Source: Candidatus Magasanikiibacteriota bacterium
GTDB lineage: Bacteria; Patescibacteriota; Patescibacteriia; Magasanikbacterales; GWA2-37-8
DNA length: 64,000 nucleotides
Reading direction: 5' to 3'
Assembly (NCBI GenBank): GCA_017991415.1
Contig: JAGOQR010000002.1
Coordinates: 204,736-268,735, forward strand
In this document: piece by piece, positions 60,166-64,000 of the stretch
Position numbering within the stretch: position 1 is the stretch's first letter
How the letters are laid out: each line of letters opens with the position of its first letter
The notes under the pieces: generated by a model
The model's database searches: none
Seen by the model: only the letters and a program-made list of their open reading frames with translations
Told to the model about the DNA's origin: nothing
Made by a program: the position numbers and the translations under genes

Positions 60166-60476
60166 AGTTGCAAATGGTCGGCATTGCCGATTTTCTGCCC
60201 AACCCCAGAGGCCCACATGACCCAGCTCATTGCTGCTCTTGTCTGGATACTAGGCGCCTTGCCGCCGATCCCCACGACCCTGCAGGTTCCACCCCTCCAA
60301 GAGGTGGTCTACCCCGGTCAGCGAAGAACTGGCGGCAAGCGACACACGCCACAACGCCACCGCCCTCGGTCGAACCGAACAGAAGAGCGACGCAAGCTAC
60401 GGCGTGACGCTCGACATCCCAAGTGCGAGTGAGCCTCTCCGGCCACACCCTCCGACCATACGGTCGAGGGTGTGGC
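60166..60476 (+). ncRNA. ~310-nt GC-rich (~60 %) highly structured transcribed element of unknown identity (candidate ncRNA or long structured leader of rlmH)
   Basis: The GC-rich segment starts ~7 nt after a plus-strand promoter -10 and ends in an 11-bp hairpin (GCCACACCCTC...GAGGGTGTGGC, 60442-60476), 12 nt before the rlmH ATG. There is no plausible ORF. It contains many local hairpins (TCGGCATTGCCGA, CCACCcctccaagaGGTGG, GAGCGACGC...GCGTgaCGCTC). Confidence 0.3.
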
Positions 60477-60488
60477 AAAAAAATTACT

Positions 60489-60965
60489 ATGATCCATATA
60501 CATCTTATTATTTTGGGAAAACTCAAAGAAAAATTCTGGCAAGAAGCCGAAGCTGAATATCTAAAACGTTTACAGCCGTGGGCAAAAATTACTATATACG
60601 AACTAAAGGAAGAATCTTTTTCTGAAAAAAATAATCCAGAACAAATCAAACAAAAAGAAGCAAATAAAATTTTGGGTGCTGTTCATAAAATAAAAGCCAG
60701 CTACACCATTATTTTGGACGAACATGGTAAGCAATTTTCTTCGGTTAACTTGGCGCAACAACTCAAACAAATTTCGGATACTACTCACAACCTTACATTT
60801 ATCCTTGGCGGACCACTTGGATTGCACGAAAGCATTTTAAAACAAGCAAACTTAAAACTCTCTCTTTCGTCACTAACCTTTACCCACCAAATGGCGCGTG
60901 TATTTTTATGGGAACAAATCTACCGAGCCATGACAATTATAAGCGGCAAAAAATATCATTATTAA
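60489..60965 (+). CDS. rlmH: 23S rRNA (pseudouridine1915-N3)-methyltransferase RlmH (SPOUT)
   Basis: MIHIHLIILGKLKEKFWQEAEAEYLKRL...ILDEHGKQFSSVNLAQ...FILGGPLGL. The start is set at ATG 60489. The track ORF begins inside the GC-rich element. Confidence 0.85.
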   Translation: MIHIHLIILGKLKEKFWQEAEAEYLKRLQPWAKITIYELKEESFSEKNNPEQIKQKEANKILGAVHKIKASYTIILDEHGKQFSSVNLAQQLKQISDTTHNLTFILGGPLGLHESILKQANLKLSLSSLTFTHQMARVFLWEQIYRAMTIISGKKYHY

Positions 60966-60972
60966 ACAAATA

Positions 60973-60999
60973 AAAAAAGAGCGTATACGCTCTTTTTTT
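60973..60999. terminator. Bidirectional terminator AAAAAAAGAGCGTATACGCTCTTTTTTT
   Basis: Perfect palindrome after the rlmH stop. Confidence 0.75.
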
Positions 61000-61091
61000 A
61001 TTTGTTCTATGTACCACGCACCCTGTGATATATACAATCAAAGCGGAAACAGCTTGCAAGCAAACCGCCTCACGCACCTAACTACCACTAT

Positions 61092-61562
61092 CTAATTCCA
61101 ACGTGCTTTGTCACGTTCGGATTTGACCACAATCCACGTGCCAAACCGTATTACCTGGAGACTAAGCCACTCTTCAAACTGCGAAGCACTCATTCCCTTG
61201 GGAACCTTGAGCGCTGCAATATCAGCTCTTTGCTGCGCCAGTGCTTGTCGCAATTTCTTGCCTCGAAACATTTTCCCAGAAGAACCGGGGATATAGTGAG
61301 GCTGAAAGACAAGAAAGGCGAGGTTGCCAATATCGAAAGGATCGATATCGAGCATCTGCTCCTGATCGAGCGTTAGCTGATTCTTGAGCAAGACATAGAG
61401 AAGTAGGTGCACGTGCACACTACTATTCTTTGTATCTACTTTCCCGCCCATGACGCCTCCTTCTACCAAGGGTAGATTATAATAGTTGATAGTATATCCT
61501 ATTGAACCAAAAGCAAAGATACGCTTCGCCTGGTCACAACATAGGACCAATCTATATATCAT
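61092..61562 (-). CDS. Hypothetical protein (156 aa)
   Basis: Intact ORF convergent with rlmH. No confident family assignment. Confidence 0.35.
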   Translation of the reverse strand: MIYRLVLCCDQAKRIFAFGSIGYTINYYNLPLVEGGVMGGKVDTKNSSVHVHLLLYVLLKNQLTLDQEQMLDIDPFDIGNLAFLVFQPHYIPGSSGKMFRGKKLRQALAQQRADIAALKVPKGMSASQFEEWLSLQVIRFGTWIVVKSERDKARWN

Positions 61563-61661
61563 AAAAACACCCGCTGGTCAATAATTAAGAGCTATGGTTT
61601 ACAACCAATCATAAATTCTGTAAACTACCTATACAGAATTTAACTTTAGATAACCCTTGGT

Positions 61662-62636
61662 ATGCAACGTATTTTCTCTGGAATTCAACCAACAAACAAT
61701 TTACATCTTGGCAATTATTTAGGCGCCATCAAAAACTGGGTCGAGTTACAAAACCAATATGATGCCTTCTATTGTATTGTTGACTTGCACGCTATCACCA
61801 TAAAACAAGATCCGAAACAACTTCGACAAAATATACTAAACGCTGCCAAAACATATTTGGCATTGGGGTTAGATCCAGCTAAGTGCACAATTTTTGTTCA
61901 ATCACATGTACCGCAACATACCGAACTCGCCTGGGTTTTAAATACAATTGCCAAAATGTCCGAACTAGAACGCATGACTCAATTTAAAGACAAAGCAAAA
62001 CAGCATAAAGAAAATATAAACCTAGGACTATTTGCATACCCAGCACTCATGGCTGCAGATATTCTCCTCTATAGTACAAACGTCGTACCAGTAGGCGAAG
62101 ACCAAAAACAACATGTCGAACTTACTCGAGATTTGGCAGCTCGATTCAACTCGCTATATGGTAAAACATTTATCGAACCAGAACCACGTATAAACAAAGT
62201 TGGCGCACGCATCATGGGTCTCGATGATCCAAGTAAAAAAATGAGCAAAAGCGCTGCAAGCGCCAACAGCTATATTGCTCTGCTCGACCCTCCAGAAGTA
62301 GTTGCCAAAAAAATTAGCCGTGCGGTGACTGATTCTGGCACAACCATACAAGCTGGCACAGAAAGACCTGCCCTCACAAATTTACTAACCATATATTCCT
62401 TACTCACAAACCAAAGCGTTGAGCATATAGAAAAAGAATATACTGGCAAGGGCTATGCAGATTTTAAGAAAGGTCTATCTGCCGTAGTTACAGAATTTAT
62501 CTCTAATTTCCAACATACATTTAATGCCCTCGACGATAATAATGTACAAGCAATTTTGAAAGATGGAGCAACCAAAGCTCGGGCAATTGCAGAGAAAAAA
62601 ATGGAAGAAGTAAAAACAAAAATAGGATTATTGTAA
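61662..62636 (+). CDS. trpS: Tryptophanyl-tRNA synthetase
   Basis: Class I HIGH-like NNLHLGNYLGA and KMSKS (KMSKSAAS); 324 aa. Confidence 0.92.
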   Translation: MQRIFSGIQPTNNLHLGNYLGAIKNWVELQNQYDAFYCIVDLHAITIKQDPKQLRQNILNAAKTYLALGLDPAKCTIFVQSHVPQHTELAWVLNTIAKMSELERMTQFKDKAKQHKENINLGLFAYPALMAADILLYSTNVVPVGEDQKQHVELTRDLAARFNSLYGKTFIEPEPRINKVGARIMGLDDPSKKMSKSAASANSYIALLDPPEVVAKKISRAVTDSGTTIQAGTERPALTNLLTIYSLLTNQSVEHIEKEYTGKGYADFKKGLSAVVTEFISNFQHTFNALDDNNVQAILKDGATKARAIAEKKMEEVKTKIGLL

Positions 62637-62667
62637 ATAAATTAAAAAATTATTAACTAATAATTAT

Positions 62668-63084
62668 ATGGATACTCCAACAACATCACCGTCAAAAGGC
62701 AAGACAATCAAAAGCATCTACTTCTACCTCGTCTCCTTTGTAGCACTTATGATGATCGCTTTTTCTGGTGCAGACCTCATTAATACTGCTCTTAAAACAT
62801 GGGTATTTACTAAAGCAGACGATTTTATGTACGGCGGACGAACTGTTTGCGAAGCGTTGCCAACACCAGTTGCAGACCCTCGATCAACAGCCCCTACCCC
62901 GACTAAAGAACAGGTAATTAAAGATTGCGAAGCTCAAAACGAAGCAAGCGAAAAACAAGCAGCTGCAAGTCGTGTTGCCACCAGACAAAATAGCATTGTG
63001 CGCGATATCTCTATGATTGTAGTTGGCATCCCACTATTTCTTATTCACTGGAGAATTGTTCGCAGCAAAGACGAAAACTTATAA
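62668..63084 (+). CDS. Small 2-TM membrane protein (hypothetical)
   Basis: Two hydrophobic helices flanking a Pro/Thr-rich loop; 138 aa. Confidence 0.4.
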   Translation: MDTPTTSPSKGKTIKSIYFYLVSFVALMMIAFSGADLINTALKTWVFTKADDFMYGGRTVCEALPTPVADPRSTAPTPTKEQVIKDCEAQNEASEKQAAASRVATRQNSIVRDISMIVVGIPLFLIHWRIVRSKDENL

Positions 63085-63096
63085 ACCTAAGCACTA

Positions 63097-63135
63097 AACA
63101 AAAATCTGTACCGTTCTGGTACAGATTTTTGTTTT
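63097..63135. terminator. Bidirectional terminator AAACAAAAATCTGTACC-GTTC-TGGTACAGATTTTTGTTTT between convergent genes
   Basis: Near-perfect 17-bp palindrome. Confidence 0.75.
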
Positions 63136-63141
63136 AAATTT

Positions 63142-64000
63142 TTAATATGCCCGTGCGAAAATCCATCGTCTGTTTTGTAGCACACCTTGCTGACAATGCA
63201 CACACTGGTAACTACCCTTTTCTTCTGGAGCATCAAATAGTATACATCTGGTGGTAGCTTTAGTTTTTTCTTTTATCTGCGCCTCACATTCTCTATCCTC
63301 ACACCAAAAAGCAGAAACATACCCGCCTTTTTCTAAAGCCGCTTCAAACGACTTCCAATCATCAACTGCAACCGTACTATCTTCTCTACGATGAAGCGCT
63401 GCGTTAAACAAATTATATTGAATTTTTTCTAATAATTCTTTGATTGTTTCTTGCGCCTTATCTAAAGAACAAACAATTTTTTCGCCGGTATCTCGTCTGA
63501 CGAGCATACACTGGTTTGCAGCCAAATCCTTTGGACCAAGCTCCAAACGCACCGGCACACCTTTCTTTTCCCATTCAAAAAACTTTTCTCCCACTCGTAA
63601 ATTATCTCGCTCATCTAGCTTTACTTTAAAATAATTTTTTAACTGCTCTGCCAATTGTTTGGCTACGCGTAATGATTCATCTTCGGAATTTCTAAATATA
63701 GGCACAATCACCAACTCTATTGGAGCAATTTTAGGTGGAAGCACTAAACCTTTGTCATCACTATGGCTCATAATCAGGCCACCAATAAGTCGCGTACTTA
63801 CGCCCCAACTGGTTTGGTGCACAAACTGCTGATAACCGTTTTCATCCAGATACATCACGCCAAAAGATTTTGCAAAATGATTCGACAAATCATGGGCGGT
63901 ACCCATCTGTAAAGATTTTCCATCTTGCATCAACGCTTCAATCGTAAAGGTAGATAACGCACCGGCAAACTTTTCACTTTCAGATTTTTGCCCAGCTAGT
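63142..64000 (-). CDS. proS: Prolyl-tRNA synthetase (archaeal/eukaryote-like type with C-terminal Zn-binding domain), C-terminal part; N-terminus beyond window end
   Basis: ...FAGALSTFTIEALMQDGKSLQMGTAHDLS, anticodon-binding and C-terminal CxxC...CxxC domain. The ORF remains open through position 64000. Confidence 0.85.
   Translation of the reverse strand, partial: LAGQKSESEKFAGALSTFTIEALMQDGKSLQMGTAHDLSNHFAKSFGVMYLDENGYQQFVHQTSWGVSTRLIGGLIMSHSDDKGLVLPPKIAPIELVIVPIFRNSEDESLRVAKQLAEQLKNYFKVKLDERDNLRVGEKFFEWEKKGVPVRLELGPKDLAANQCMLVRRDTGEKIVCSLDKAQETIKELLEKIQYNLFNAALHRREDSTVAVDDWKSFEAALEKGGYVSAFWCEDRECEAQIKEKTKATTRCILFDAPEEKGSYQCVHCQQGVLQNRRWIFARAY

Noticed and set aside
60166-60476. Attempted identification of the GC-rich element as RNase P RNA, tmRNA, 5S rRNA or SRP RNA.
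   Set aside because: RNase P P4 sequences (GGAAAGUCCGG / ACAGAACCCGGCUUA), the tmRNA 5'-GGGG/3' tRNA-like end with tag ORF, and the 5S CCGAACUCAGAAGUGAAAC block are all absent. Only weak SRP domain-IV-like stretches exist. It is left as an unknown structured RNA.

Overview
This is a low-GC (~36-38 % by eye) bacterial window, gene-dense and almost entirely minus-strand. It has Candidate-Phyla-Radiation-like features: no rpmD between rpsE and rplO, ribosomal proteins with unusual extensions, a small Rel enzyme and many giant secreted repeat proteins. The core content is uvrB-uvrA, gyrA, rel, parAB, tRNA-Leu(CAA), asnS, recO, ruvX-map-adk-secY, a nearly complete S10/spc ribosomal cluster (rpsJ to rplO), tuf, fusA-rpsG-rpsL, pcrA/uvrD-like helicase, tgt, rlmH, trpS and a partial proS. 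The accessory content includes four large surface proteins (a CAP domain protein, Calx-beta repeat proteins and a DUF285 repeat protein, two of them sharing a C-terminal tandem PG-binding-like module). It also includes a ~6 kb beta-propeller/FN3 giant protein with a MacB/FtsX-like ABC pair inserted between fusA and tuf. There is also an Nramp-family transporter whose motif substitutions look like the Mg2+-type NRMT clade, located next to a soluble MgtE_N+CBS sensor-like protein. The most anomalous feature is a ~3.1 kb, ~60 % GC three-gene island of unrecognisable ORFs wedged between the asnS terminator and the tRNA-Leu promoter. It is wired with host-style AT-rich promoters and terminators. 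A second ~310 bp GC-rich structured element with its own promoter lies upstream of rlmH. No CRISPR array, rRNA, transposase or integrase was seen. Promoters follow a recurring TTGACAAA-17-TATAAT pattern, and terminators often share an AAAATAACCC...GGGTTATTTT design.
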